DNA from: a virus
Taxonomy: Duplodnaviria > Caudoviricetes
Length of the DNA: 64,000 nt
Virus record (IMG/VR): IMGVR_UViG_3300030376_005461
Location: 2,850 to 66,849 of that record
Direction: 5' to 3' (one strand)
Numbering within the stretch: the stretch's first letter is position 1; each line of letters starts with the position of its first letter. The notes under the pieces were generated by a model. The model was not told the origin of the DNA, ran no database searches, and was given only the letters and a program-made list of their open reading frames with translations. The translations under genes and the position numbers were made by a program. Below, piece by piece: positions 37,810 to 47,579 of this stretch.

Positions 37810-38163
37810 ATGAAAGACGTATCCTCAATAATTGATATGGTGCTAAACCAACAAGGACAAATAGGTCTTGATTCTATATTAACACAAGAAAATATTAAAC
37901 ACGCCACTTACATCAAAAATTTATTGTGGCTTCACACTGACCCCGATTACATTTTTGGTACTGATTCTGAAATAGATGATTTAATATCTAACAACATTTT
38001 GGACAATAAGTTTCTTAACGGTATAATAACAGGTATTGTGTTATCGTTAACTAATAATAATAACCCTTTCAATAATATAGGTCTACAACATACTGAATTG
38101 CATCATATATATGATGCGTGTAAGGCTATTATATTAGAAAGTACTGACGCTTGCGACCCATAA
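37810..38163 (+). CDS. Hypothetical protein
   Basis: Start moved to ATG 37810; its 3' end carries the 38145 promoter motif. Confidence 0.55.
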   Translation: MKDVSSIIDMVLNQQGQIGLDSILTQENIKHATYIKNLLWLHTDPDYIFGTDSEIDDLISNNILDNKFLNGIITGIVLSLTNNNNPFNNIGLQHTELHHIYDACKAIILESTDACDP

Positions 38164-38199
38164 GTTAGGTTTATAACCGTCGTAGTATTAGTATAATTT

Positions 38200-39135
38200 G
38201 TGAGCGAAATGAGTGAAGTTTGGGCATTAAAGCATCGTCCTACAATGGACGAGATAGTAGGCCAAGATGATATTATAAATGCTATAGGTAATGGAATGCA
38301 ACATATGGTATTCTATAGTCCACAAGCAGGTACAGGTAAAACAAGTTTGGCTCATGCTTTAGCAAAGAGACATGATATGACACTACATATCTTTAACGCT
38401 AGTAGTAAAAAGACTAGAGGTATAGAGTTTGTAGAGGAAGAATTGTTACCTATGACTAGGACAGGTAATTGGAAGCAAATATTTTTATTAGACGAGGCAG
38501 ACCAATTGACACCTGCCGCACAATCGGCACTAAAAGGAGTGATAGAAAATGCACACGGTTGGTTTATCTTAACTTGTAATGACTTATCTAAAGTAAGTGT
38601 GTGGTTACAATCAAGATGTAGAGTGTGCAAATTTAACCCAATAGCATATGGGGATATGATGAGTAGGTTACTCACTATACAAGAAGAAGAGAAATTTAAA
38701 ACCCCACTTAATTATTTAGATTTAATATGTAAAAAGTATGAAGGGGATTTAAGAGGTGCTATAAATTGCCTACAAGCATATTATTATAGTGCAGAAAAAG
38801 AATCTTTTATTTATTCTTTGGTAGATACAAGTTTTGATATATCGACCTTTACTAACTTAGTTTACCCTAAAAACAAAGCATCAATACAGGACAATCTGTC
38901 AGTAGTCATGGATTTATTCAAAGGTCATGATGTCAAAGATAGTATTAGATTTATATTTAAGGAATTAATAACTTCATCATTAAGTGATGAACAGAAAAAA
39001 AGTCTTATCAATGCGTCTGTTATATCTGAAAGAGATATGATAGATGGTGTTGAAGAACAAATTATACTCGCTAATTATATACGGTTGTGCTTACATCGAG
39101 AACTTTATAACCGTAATAGTATTAGCACAAGATAA
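38200..39135 (+). CDS. rfcS: Replication factor C (clamp loader) small subunit
   Basis: WALKHRP, VGQDDI, AGTGKTS, FNAS, LDEADQLT, FILTCN, SRC and GDLRGAIN are all canonical RFC boxes. Confidence 0.93.
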   Translation: MSEMSEVWALKHRPTMDEIVGQDDIINAIGNGMQHMVFYSPQAGTGKTSLAHALAKRHDMTLHIFNASSKKTRGIEFVEEELLPMTRTGNWKQIFLLDEADQLTPAAQSALKGVIENAHGWFILTCNDLSKVSVWLQSRCRVCKFNPIAYGDMMSRLLTIQEEEKFKTPLNYLDLICKKYEGDLRGAINCLQAYYYSAEKESFIYSLVDTSFDISTFTNLVYPKNKASIQDNLSVVMDLFKGHDVKDSIRFIFKELITSSLSDEQKKSLINASVISERDMIDGVEEQIILANYIRLCLHRELYNRNSISTR

Positions 39136-39154
39136 CCCAAAAGGAATGATTAAG

Positions 39155-40342
39155 ATGAATGAAAACACTTTGAACAATGTTGCCAAAACGCTAAATGTTA
39201 CTGTAGATGTACTTCGTGAGAAGGCTCTTACAGTATTAGATGAACAAGCACCCGCTTGGAGAAATGCAGGTAAATCAGAAGAAGATTGTGGCTTACTCGC
39301 TATTAGAGTAGCGGCTCGCTCTATCTCTACTGAAAATGCTAGACTTTCTCGTTCCGGTGCTACTAAGTATGAAGGTATGTTTATATCTTCCCCTCGCCCT
39401 AAAGAGTGGGGTAAAATACTATACACTAAAATGAAGAATCAATTAATGAATGCCTCAGAAGAAGTGAGACAGACTCTTGTAGATAGTGGTGCGGTAGTTC
39501 TGTTTGAAGATAATCATGACGGTACTTTTACGAGAAGTGCTAGGGAAGATTTCTACGGTCAAGATGTTGCTGATGTAACTGAATTACCTAAGCATACTAT
39601 GAAGTTAGATGAAAATACTCATTTCTTTGTTGTGTGGGATAAAGCAAACAAAACTTTCCCATCCGGTGATGTCAATTTTAAATTCGGTAGACCACGCCCT
39701 CAAGATGAGCGTGAAAGAACTTCTTTGTTCTTAGGTCGCCCCGAAGGTAGTAGCGGTGATATGCAATTAATTAATCTTAAGGCTCAAGGTAAAGCGGCTG
39801 ATGTTCAGCACCCTACTTTCGTAACAGGTACTATTCCTCTACGTGCAGGTAATAATAATAATGCCTACGCTAAACCGGATATTACTATACTTACTCCTAA
39901 TCTAGCAGTTGCTAATAGTTTCCCTAAACCACCTGCTATATTACAAGATGGGATATTAGGTAATTGTCTGATAGTAGATGTGCTAGGTTTGGAAAATACA
40001 TTAGGTTCTTTAGAGGAATTACCGGAGTATTACAATACTCATAACGGTAAAGATGGTTGGTGGGATAGACAACTATGTGTTCCTACAGAAGTTATTCATA
40101 TTGACCCTAGAGAATCCGGTGGGTTTGTACTAGTGTGTGCTGATTTAGATATGGCATCTACCGCACCTACAATAGATGTATATGTTCCTCATGAGCATGA
40201 ACACAAAGTAGATTTTGCAGTAGGTACTAAAGCGTTATTAGTAGGTCAAACATGGAGAACTCAAGAAGGAGAGCAAAGACTATCTGTAAACGGATGGTGG
40301 GCTTTCGATGAGATTGAGGCTATGAGTGGGGATGCTTACTGA
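39155..40342 (+). CDS. RPA-like single-stranded DNA-binding protein (OB folds)
   Basis: Start moved to ATG 39146/39155 after a TATA at 39104. N-terminal helical domain, then beta-rich OB-like domains ending LSVNGWWAF; sits in the replication operon. Confidence 0.55.
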   Translation: MNENTLNNVAKTLNVTVDVLREKALTVLDEQAPAWRNAGKSEEDCGLLAIRVAARSISTENARLSRSGATKYEGMFISSPRPKEWGKILYTKMKNQLMNASEEVRQTLVDSGAVVLFEDNHDGTFTRSAREDFYGQDVADVTELPKHTMKLDENTHFFVVWDKANKTFPSGDVNFKFGRPRPQDERERTSLFLGRPEGSSGDMQLINLKAQGKAADVQHPTFVTGTIPLRAGNNNNAYAKPDITILTPNLAVANSFPKPPAILQDGILGNCLIVDVLGLENTLGSLEELPEYYNTHNGKDGWWDRQLCVPTEVIHIDPRESGGFVLVCADLDMASTAPTIDVYVPHEHEHKVDFAVGTKALLVGQTWRTQEGEQRLSVNGWWAFDEIEAMSGDAY

Positions 40343-41295
40343 TGGCGTGGGGAGATGCGGCTACTAGCCAAAAAACTGCTACACCTACTACAAGCGACGC
40401 TACACAAACATACGGTAAAGATTACTACCGTGACTTATTCTCTAAAGTAGAGGCTCAGTCTTCTCAATACAGGTTTGCTCTTGTAGGGCATGAGAATACT
40501 GCTAAGACAGGACTTGCGGCTTCACTTCTTGAAAAAGAAATGGGCAACGGAGAAATAGTATATGTGTTAGATGTAGACAATAGTGCTAAGGCTACTTTGG
40601 AATACCTTTACCCTAATAATAAAAATCTTAGAGTTATTCCTTTACATGATGAAATGGATGATTCTATATTCCATAAAGATAATAGTGTAAACTACAAAGC
40701 GTTGGTTGATAAAACTACTTTTTTCGTAAATGAAATAGCACGTAGAATTTCAGAAGATGATGAAAAGGTAGGCGGTATTATATTTGATGGCGGCTCTACA
40801 TTCCTTAAGTGGTGTGAGTTTGCTATGAGGCAATCGCTACTATCTAAGGGTATCATTGAGAATGAAGATGATTCATTTAATCAGAAAGAATGGCGAGAGC
40901 GTAACAGACTAAACCGTGACGTTCTTACTAGAATTCATGCTTTGCCCGTCAACAAAATCTTCTATACTTTCCACTTAAAAGGTGTGCAACAGTATATGGA
41001 TGATGGTACAGGAAAGAAAGTTCTCATGACTGTCGGAGAAAGACCGGATTGGGAAAGAGGTACAATGCGTAAATTCAATCAGCAGATATTCCTATCTCGA
41101 TACATGAAGAAGGCTGACATGGCCGCAGGTGTAAAAGGCGACAGAACTCTAAATGACGGAGAATGGGCGGTTCGTGGTACTATAGAAGAAATGAAAGGTG
41201 CTAACATGGAATATGTAGGCTCTACACACGAAATATTAGCCGTAAAGAACGGTACTATAGAGTGGTTTGGTCTACCCTTCCTCAAAGAAGAGTGA
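40342..41295 (+). CDS. RecA-superfamily ATPase (Sak4/AAA_24-like)
   Basis: Walker A GHENTAKT, YVLDVD, Walker B IIFDG. Confidence 0.7.
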   Translation: MAWGDAATSQKTATPTTSDATQTYGKDYYRDLFSKVEAQSSQYRFALVGHENTAKTGLAASLLEKEMGNGEIVYVLDVDNSAKATLEYLYPNNKNLRVIPLHDEMDDSIFHKDNSVNYKALVDKTTFFVNEIARRISEDDEKVGGIIFDGGSTFLKWCEFAMRQSLLSKGIIENEDDSFNQKEWRERNRLNRDVLTRIHALPVNKIFYTFHLKGVQQYMDDGTGKKVLMTVGERPDWERGTMRKFNQQIFLSRYMKKADMAAGVKGDRTLNDGEWAVRGTIEEMKGANMEYVGSTHEILAVKNGTIEWFGLPFLKEE

Positions 41296-41300
41296 GATAT

Positions 41301-42185
41301 ATGTTAAAAGTAAGAGTAGATAAATTTCAGTTAGAACAATTACTGAAAAGAACACAAAGAATACAAAACATTAACGGTAAAAGTATTCCTCAAGTACACT
41401 CTTGTATGGTAAAAGTTTTTAATAACTCTATGAGTACTACATCATTAGTAAAAGATGGGTTAAGTAGTCTATCTTATTTTGATATACCTTGTACATTGAT
41501 AGATACAGACCAAAATTTATCTTTGGCAGATATACAATCCTTTGCTATATCTGATATAAATATGTTTTTAGGAGTATTGAAATATCACGGACAAACTTTA
41601 ACTATAACTAAAAAGATTGCAGTTAGTTCTTCTGTTGCAGATAAATTAGAAATTAAGTCTAGCAACAAAACTACTACACTACAAAGCAGTAAAGATGCTT
41701 TGGCTTTCCCACACTCTAATGTAACATTAGAGACATGGGATGAAAAGTCTTTTGCTTTAAAGAAAAAAATAGATTGTATAATAGGTTCTTATCAACTTAG
41801 TAATGGTAAATTCAAGATGCCTACACATACATGGACTTTAGATTCTACTGATGTGTTTGAAGCATTAAGGTGTGACAATATGAACAACCAAAAATTAAAT
41901 GAGTTTACATTGTCATGGAATGCCAATCATCTTTGGATTACTACAGGTAAAGAATTGAAAGGGCAGACTGAGACACAACTGTTTAACGCAACTAATTCAG
42001 ACTCTCCTGCTAGTAAAGAACCTGTCTACAAATGTAAATTTCAAGGCGGATTAGATAACGTAGCACAATTAATGAATACAGAAATTACATTACATATGTT
42101 AGATTTTACCGAAGAAAAACAGGGCTATAAATTAATAATGTCATCAGAAGAAGGTTTCGTATTTCAAAGTGGGGTATTATCATGA
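41301..42185 (+). CDS. Sliding clamp (PCNA-like)
   Basis: Start moved to ATG 41301. Two repeats of a beta-alpha-beta pattern (DINMFLGVLK; DSTDVFEALR), between the RFC/ATPase genes and PolB. Confidence 0.6.
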   Translation: MLKVRVDKFQLEQLLKRTQRIQNINGKSIPQVHSCMVKVFNNSMSTTSLVKDGLSSLSYFDIPCTLIDTDQNLSLADIQSFAISDINMFLGVLKYHGQTLTITKKIAVSSSVADKLEIKSSNKTTTLQSSKDALAFPHSNVTLETWDEKSFALKKKIDCIIGSYQLSNGKFKMPTHTWTLDSTDVFEALRCDNMNNQKLNEFTLSWNANHLWITTGKELKGQTETQLFNATNSDSPASKEPVYKCKFQGGLDNVAQLMNTEITLHMLDFTEEKQGYKLIMSSEEGFVFQSGVLS

Positions 42186-42514
42186 GTGAGTATCAACTAA
42201 AAGCAGGTAAGTTTTTAGGTAAAGGTTATGGCGAGCATGATTATTATGAATTTAATGGTGTAATATTACCTGCGGGCGGTGTAACTACTATTTCTTGGAA
42301 CGGTAAAAACGGCGAACAGTTTGTTGCTAACATAAAAGTTAGACAAGAACTAGACCCACTATACCGTGACCCACTATGGTTATTTGAACACTACATAGAG
42401 AAAGAAAGAAGCATGGCGGAAATAGCAGACGAGTTTGGCGTATCCCCTACTGCTATTAATCAATGGCTAAACAAACATAATATAGAAACTAGGTCAAGAG
42501 GCCACAATAAATGA
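42182..42514 (+). CDS. HTH DNA-binding protein
   Basis: WLFEHYIEKERSMAEIADEFGVSPTAINQWLNKHNI is a classic HTH. Confidence 0.75.
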   Translation: MSEYQLKAGKFLGKGYGEHDYYEFNGVILPAGGVTTISWNGKNGEQFVANIKVRQELDPLYRDPLWLFEHYIEKERSMAEIADEFGVSPTAINQWLNKHNIETRSRGHNK

Positions 42515-42523
42515 GGTCTTTTC

Positions 42524-44734
42524 ATGATAATAGAAAAAAGCAAACAACGTAACATTGTCGTAAGATATAGAGACAACAATGATAAAAGAGTAGTCATTAC
42601 TGATAGAGGTCATTGGCCTTATTGTTACGTTAAAAGTAGTGATGCTCATATGGTAAATGCCATAAGAAAGGATGCCGGATATAAAGGCATTTTAGGAGAA
42701 GACTTAGTTAAGATAGTTGTAGCGGATACTTTTTGCCTTAAAGAAATAAGGGATTTAGGTATCCCTACTTGGGAAGCAAACATACCTTACACTAATAGAG
42801 TAATGGTTGACAGAATAAATGCAGGACATAAGCGTATCCCTAATTACAATCACCGAGTATGGTATATGGATTGCGAATGGAATCCCAAAACTAATGCTAT
42901 GAGAATAATAGTTTTTTATGACTCCTATACAGAAAAAGAATATGTATATTTTGTAGACCACAACTTAGCCGAAGCAGAATCATTTAGTAAATATGGTGAT
43001 TATGAATACGAAAATCTAGCATGGGGATTTCCTACAGAAAAAGAAATGCTAGATAAGTTCTTAACAATTATTAATGAACAAGACCCCGATGTTATTACTG
43101 GTTGGTATGTAACAGGAGCAGACATTAAAACTATTATAGAAAGGTGTAACAAAGTAGGATTAAGCCCTAATCGTTTGTCTCCTATGAATAAGATACGCTA
43201 TGAGTTTGGCGATTGGTCGCAACCTATTGTCGGTAGAAACTGTATAGATTTAATGATAGGCTTCTCTAAAATATGGGAACTTAAGAATGGAAAACTACCT
43301 TCTTACAAACTAGACGATGTATCATGGGAAGTTTTAGGAGAAAAGAAAATTGAATTACCCGATGGACACGACACATATCTTACTGATTTACCTTTGTATC
43401 TACATTATGCTAGGCAAGACGTAAGATTACTACCTAAATTAGACTCTAAAGTAAATGCTATAGAGTACTACTTAGCATTACAACACTTGGTTCAATGTGA
43501 TATACGGTCTACGCCTTTTATCACAAAGATGTTTACTAATCTTGCTTTGTTAGATAATAACTTTCCTATGAAAATACCTACAAAACCTCAATTCGACAAG
43601 GTGGATTATGAGGGTGCAAATGTTATGGAAGTAGAAGCCGGTTTATACGAGAACGTAGGCATCTTAGATGTCAAGGCTATGTACCACAGTAACGCATCCC
43701 TTTACAATATATCTTGGGATACCTTAGATGAAGATGGTCAAGATTGTGGTAACGGTACTAAGTTTAACCTTGAAAGTAAAGGGTTGTTAGTAAACCAAAT
43801 GGACTATATGACAGAACTAAGAAATAAATTCAAGGCACTTATGAAATCAGATAAAGAGAACTATGATAAGTGGGATACTATGCAATTTGCTTGTAAATCT
43901 TTAGTAGCATCTATGTATGGTGTGGCGGGAGATGCTAAGTACGGTCTGTACAATCCCGACATAGCCGCCGCAATCACATATACTTCTAGAGAAACACTAA
44001 ACACTCTTAAAAAAGAAGCGGAAGCCTATGGTTTCAAAGTAATATATGGTCATACAGATAGCGTATTCGTTGTCATACCATCACCTCAAGAGGGCGTAGA
44101 TGCACTTAAGAAAATAAATGCTAATATGTCTCCTATAGAGACTGAGTTTGAGAAATGGTGTTCGTCTATGATTCTTATGGCTAAGAACAGGTATGCGGGT
44201 AATGTTTTGTGGACGGATGGTAATTACCATGACCCTAAATTATATGTAAAAGGTATAGAAATGAAACAATCAAGAATGCCGCAGGTTATGAAACAATGTA
44301 TGGAAGATGTTATAGGCGGAATCCTATCCTCTAATAGTGAGGAAGTAGTTACTGATAAACTAAGTAGTATTATCTTAAAAGTAATTAACAAAGAAGTAGA
44401 CGCTAATGATTTATGTATGAAAGGTAAATTAGATAGGGATTTAAGTGAGTACAAAGTATTGTCCGGCACAAGTGCGGGTGCGGCATGGGCTAACGAATAC
44501 TTAGGTAAGGGCTATAGAAGCGGCTCTTATTTTAAAGTAACTATCAATAGTGATGGTAAATACATAGCGTTTGATGACCCTAGTGATATAGAGGGTTTGT
44601 ATGAGATTGGTTATAAAAACCTAGTAGAAAGATTCATTATTAAAAAGGTAGAGCCTTACTACACTATGATGAAGTGGGATATGCAACCTTTAGATAATGC
44701 TTTAAGAGGCCTAAGTGGTCTAAATTGGCTATAA
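42524..44734 (+). CDS. polB: Family B DNA polymerase
   Basis: Exo motifs DCEW, TGWY..GAD, YARQD; polymerase motifs DVKAMYHS, KSLVASMYG, YGHTDS, KNRYAG, KGIE. Confidence 0.95.
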   Translation: MIIEKSKQRNIVVRYRDNNDKRVVITDRGHWPYCYVKSSDAHMVNAIRKDAGYKGILGEDLVKIVVADTFCLKEIRDLGIPTWEANIPYTNRVMVDRINAGHKRIPNYNHRVWYMDCEWNPKTNAMRIIVFYDSYTEKEYVYFVDHNLAEAESFSKYGDYEYENLAWGFPTEKEMLDKFLTIINEQDPDVITGWYVTGADIKTIIERCNKVGLSPNRLSPMNKIRYEFGDWSQPIVGRNCIDLMIGFSKIWELKNGKLPSYKLDDVSWEVLGEKKIELPDGHDTYLTDLPLYLHYARQDVRLLPKLDSKVNAIEYYLALQHLVQCDIRSTPFITKMFTNLALLDNNFPMKIPTKPQFDKVDYEGANVMEVEAGLYENVGILDVKAMYHSNASLYNISWDTLDEDGQDCGNGTKFNLESKGLLVNQMDYMTELRNKFKALMKSDKENYDKWDTMQFACKSLVASMYGVAGDAKYGLYNPDIAAAITYTSRETLNTLKKEAEAYGFKVIYGHTDSVFVVIPSPQEGVDALKKINANMSPIETEFEKWCSSMILMAKNRYAGNVLWTDGNYHDPKLYVKGIEMKQSRMPQVMKQCMEDVIGGILSSNSEEVVTDKLSSIILKVINKEVDANDLCMKGKLDRDLSEYKVLSGTSAGAAWANEYLGKGYRSGSYFKVTINSDGKYIAFDDPSDIEGLYEIGYKNLVERFIIKKVEPYYTMMKWDMQPLDNALRGLSGLNWL

Positions 44735-44768
44735 TAACCTTTATAGTCGTAATAGGATATGTGATAAT

Positions 44769-45065
44769 ATGTCAAGAAAGAGTGATGCAAAAATAACAGG
44801 TAGAGTTAATAAGATTGAAGAAGAATTTCATGGGTTCGCTAATGCGGTAGCGGCAGACTTAATGAAGTTACATCACTTAGTATATTCGTTTTTAGACGCA
44901 GAAGGTAAATTACAAAACTTAACTTGCGGTCACTGTCAAGAACAAGTTATGCGACCTAACTTACCTAATTTAGACCAAAGCGATAATTGTCCTTCTTGCG
45001 GTAATGATTTAATCAAGGGAGTACAAACAAAAATAGAGGCTTGGGATAATGGCGAAGAGGAATAG
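44769..45065 (+). CDS. Coiled-coil plus zinc-ribbon small protein
   Basis: CGHC...CPSCG; own TATA at 44740. Confidence 0.6.
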   Translation: MSRKSDAKITGRVNKIEEEFHGFANAVAADLMKLHHLVYSFLDAEGKLQNLTCGHCQEQVMRPNLPNLDQSDNCPSCGNDLIKGVQTKIEAWDNGEEE

Positions 45066-45348
45066 AAACATTTTGTGGGTTAGACCTGTTTTAGACTATA
45101 TGTCTAAACAGACAGGGATAAAAAGTTATAATGAAATTATTAATGAAACTAAATTATTATCTAGAGAGAACAAAAATAAAGTACTAAGACAATCAAGAGT
45201 TTGCCCTACGCCTAGAGTTTTCCAACAAGTAGTAAGAAGTTTAAAAGAAATAAAAACAATTAGATTAGATGCCAATACAATGTGTTATAAATATATCCCA
45301 ATAGACCAATTAGAATTGAAAGAAGAAACTAAAAACAGACATAATTAG
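45049..45348 (+). CDS. Probable winged-helix protein
   Basis: KSYNEIINE...PTPRVFQQVVRS pattern. Confidence 0.4.
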   Translation: MAKRNRNILWVRPVLDYMSKQTGIKSYNEIINETKLLSRENKNKVLRQSRVCPTPRVFQQVVRSLKEIKTIRLDANTMCYKYIPIDQLELKEETKNRHN

Positions 45349-45357
45349 GTGAGATAA

Positions 45358-46191
45358 ATGACAAAGACATCATCATATTCTCCTAGCGACGAACTAACTC
45401 TAAGAGTTAGTAAATCATCTTTGATGACATATATGATGTGTCCTAGAAAATACTATTGGAATTATGTTGCTGACCTTCCTAGACCACCTGCATCAGAAGC
45501 GGCAATACGTGGTGGGTTAGTACACACTGTTATGGAAGAAGGTTTATTACAAGGCCCAAACCAAATCAATATTACTGCTGAAAAATTAGGTATCTTAGAA
45601 GACCCTGCCATAGACTCTTTATCTATGTTGATACACCAAATAGCACACGATTTAGATGGTATGGAAGTTATAGAATCAGAAGTTAAACACGAAATACCCG
45701 AAGAATATGAAGGCGAAGATATTCTTTGGGTTGGTATTATAGACGGATTAATTAAAACAGGTAACGGTATCAACGCAATAGTAGAATTAAAAACAGGTAA
45801 AATGAATCTAGGCAAACTTGCTAGGACTAGGAAAGAATTACTGTATTACTACAGGTTATTAGAATTAATGGGTAATTACGAAACTCCTACTCATTTCTTA
45901 TACATATCTCCCGATTATGAGTATGACCCAAATGATAAGTTATTACTAGAAGGAAACAAGCGTGGCAAAAAGGTTTGGGTCGGGGCTGAACAAGGAATAG
46001 CGATTTTAGAACCAATAGGAAAGCGAAGTATAAATGCTTTTACGGAATCTTTAAAGGATACTATAGCCTCGTTAAGAATCCAACAATGGCCTATGAATTG
46101 GAGTGACTATTTCTGCCCATTGTGGTGTGAGTTTTGCATGAATTGTGAGGCTGAATTAACGGGAAGTATAAAAGAAGGTGAATGGTTATGA
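45358..46191 (+). CDS. Cas4-like PD-(D/E)xK exonuclease
   Basis: SKSSLMTYMMCPRKY, GIIDG, VELKTG, C-terminal CPLWCEFCMNC Fe-S ligands. Confidence 0.88.
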   Translation: MTKTSSYSPSDELTLRVSKSSLMTYMMCPRKYYWNYVADLPRPPASEAAIRGGLVHTVMEEGLLQGPNQINITAEKLGILEDPAIDSLSMLIHQIAHDLDGMEVIESEVKHEIPEEYEGEDILWVGIIDGLIKTGNGINAIVELKTGKMNLGKLARTRKELLYYYRLLELMGNYETPTHFLYISPDYEYDPNDKLLLEGNKRGKKVWVGAEQGIAILEPIGKRSINAFTESLKDTIASLRIQQWPMNWSDYFCPLWCEFCMNCEAELTGSIKEGEWL

Positions 46192-46336
46192 TACAGATAA
46201 TAAATATAGGAAAACTAACAAACGATATGCAATTTAATATAGATTACAGTCCTCTACTAGAAATAGCGGGTACTGTTTTATTACTAGGCGGTATGTATTT
46301 AGCATACAACCTACAAAAACTAAAAGGGGTATTACA

Positions 46337-46504
46337 ATGAAGATAAAAGTAACTTGCGAAAATTGTGGTAACGATGATGATTGGGAAGACTTTGAAGAAA
46401 TGGTACAAGTAAATGCACAAGAAGGTTCTATACCTAGAGTAATTCTAGTAGGAAACTGTCAATGTGGACACAGACAAGAAATAGCAGATATTACTAATGA
46501 GTGA
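46337..46504 (+). CDS. 55-aa zinc-ribbon microprotein
   Basis: Not in track. MKIKVTCENCG...GNCQCGHRQEIADITNE*; preceded by a 50-aa TM peptide ORF at 46188-46340. Confidence 0.55.
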   Translation: MKIKVTCENCGNDDDWEDFEEMVQVNAQEGSIPRVILVGNCQCGHRQEIADITNE

Positions 46505-46510
46505 TGCCCT

Positions 46511-47542
46511 ATGCTTATTAATTTTCCAAGAGAGATAGGGCTTCGCCGTAATATTTGCGATAGTCGTAACGAATACGATACATACGTCAATAAACTAAAC
46601 GGTAAAGCATCTTGTTATACTAGCCTATATTCTTTCGGCTCTACCCACCCTACTAGGTCATGGAAGATGGACATTGATTCTGTCATCATAGACCGAGCGT
46701 GGTGGGATTTTGACATCGTCGAGGGGGGTAGCCTAGCCGACGTAAAGAAGGACGTTGGAACGCTTCTAAATAGGCTTAACGGCGATGTTCGTTTGGTCTT
46801 TACAGGCAGGGGTTTTCACGTCCATCAGTTGTTTACTAAGCCTGTCACGGGAACTGCAATAGCAAAGCACGTAGATAGATACGAGCGTGAGGTAGCAACA
46901 GGATTGTCTACTTTAGACGGCGTAGGCCATCCACAAAAACTTACACGCATTCCCGATACTTTTAACCCTAAAAGAAATAAGTGGGCAGTAAATATAGATG
47001 CTAGGTTGTTTAGAGATAACCCACTAGGTTTTGATATACCTACTAAACCCCTGTTAGAAAATAAAGAACTAGACCCATTTACAGGAGACACTGATTTAGG
47101 TATTTCTTTTAAGCAAAAAGAATTTAATATATTACAATGGATTGCTGAAAATCCTGTACAAGAAGTAGCGTATGAGTTAGGTGATTTTAACGGAGACATA
47201 GGTACTATAGACCAAGTACCTATCCCACCTTGCTTGAGTAAGGCTATCGCACACGAAAACCCTAGACATCATGTGAGAGTTGCTTTGGCTCAACACTTAG
47301 CAGAAAACCTAAGATGGTTTGCTAATCCACAAAGTCTAGATAGACAACAGAAAAATGAAATTGCTGATAAGATGGTAAAGTTTATGTCTACTTTAGGTTG
47401 GAGAGATTTTAACCCACACGTATCTTTAAAACATATAAACAGTATGATGGATTATGAGAATACGCCGTCATGTTCATGGCTACAATCTAGAGGAATGTGT
47501 ACAGGCCCATGTTGGAGAGATGACGGAACAAGAAGAGATTAG
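46511..47542 (+). CDS. Archaeo-eukaryotic primase, PriS catalytic domain fused to PriL-like Fe-S domain
   Basis: AEP motifs WWDFD, FTGRGFH, TRIP; C-terminal PPCL...H..R...PSC..LQSRGMC.GPC. Confidence 0.85.
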   Translation: MLINFPREIGLRRNICDSRNEYDTYVNKLNGKASCYTSLYSFGSTHPTRSWKMDIDSVIIDRAWWDFDIVEGGSLADVKKDVGTLLNRLNGDVRLVFTGRGFHVHQLFTKPVTGTAIAKHVDRYEREVATGLSTLDGVGHPQKLTRIPDTFNPKRNKWAVNIDARLFRDNPLGFDIPTKPLLENKELDPFTGDTDLGISFKQKEFNILQWIAENPVQEVAYELGDFNGDIGTIDQVPIPPCLSKAIAHENPRHHVRVALAQHLAENLRWFANPQSLDRQQKNEIADKMVKFMSTLGWRDFNPHVSLKHINSMMDYENTPSCSWLQSRGMCTGPCWRDDGTRRD

Positions 47543-47579
47543 TGTACCCTTTAAGTAGTCTACTCTTAGTGTACGGTTT

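Larger units (their letters stand above)
21323..38156 (+). promoter_or_regulatory. Promoter family (T)GACGCTTGYGA-N13/14-TATA box (10 copies)
   Basis: Motif starts near 21323, 21960, 22718, 23677, 24227, 26441, 27920, 30093 (partial TTTGCGA), 37155 and 38145. All are on plus, each followed 13-14 nt later by a WTTAWWA box and then a gene start. Confidence 0.85.
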
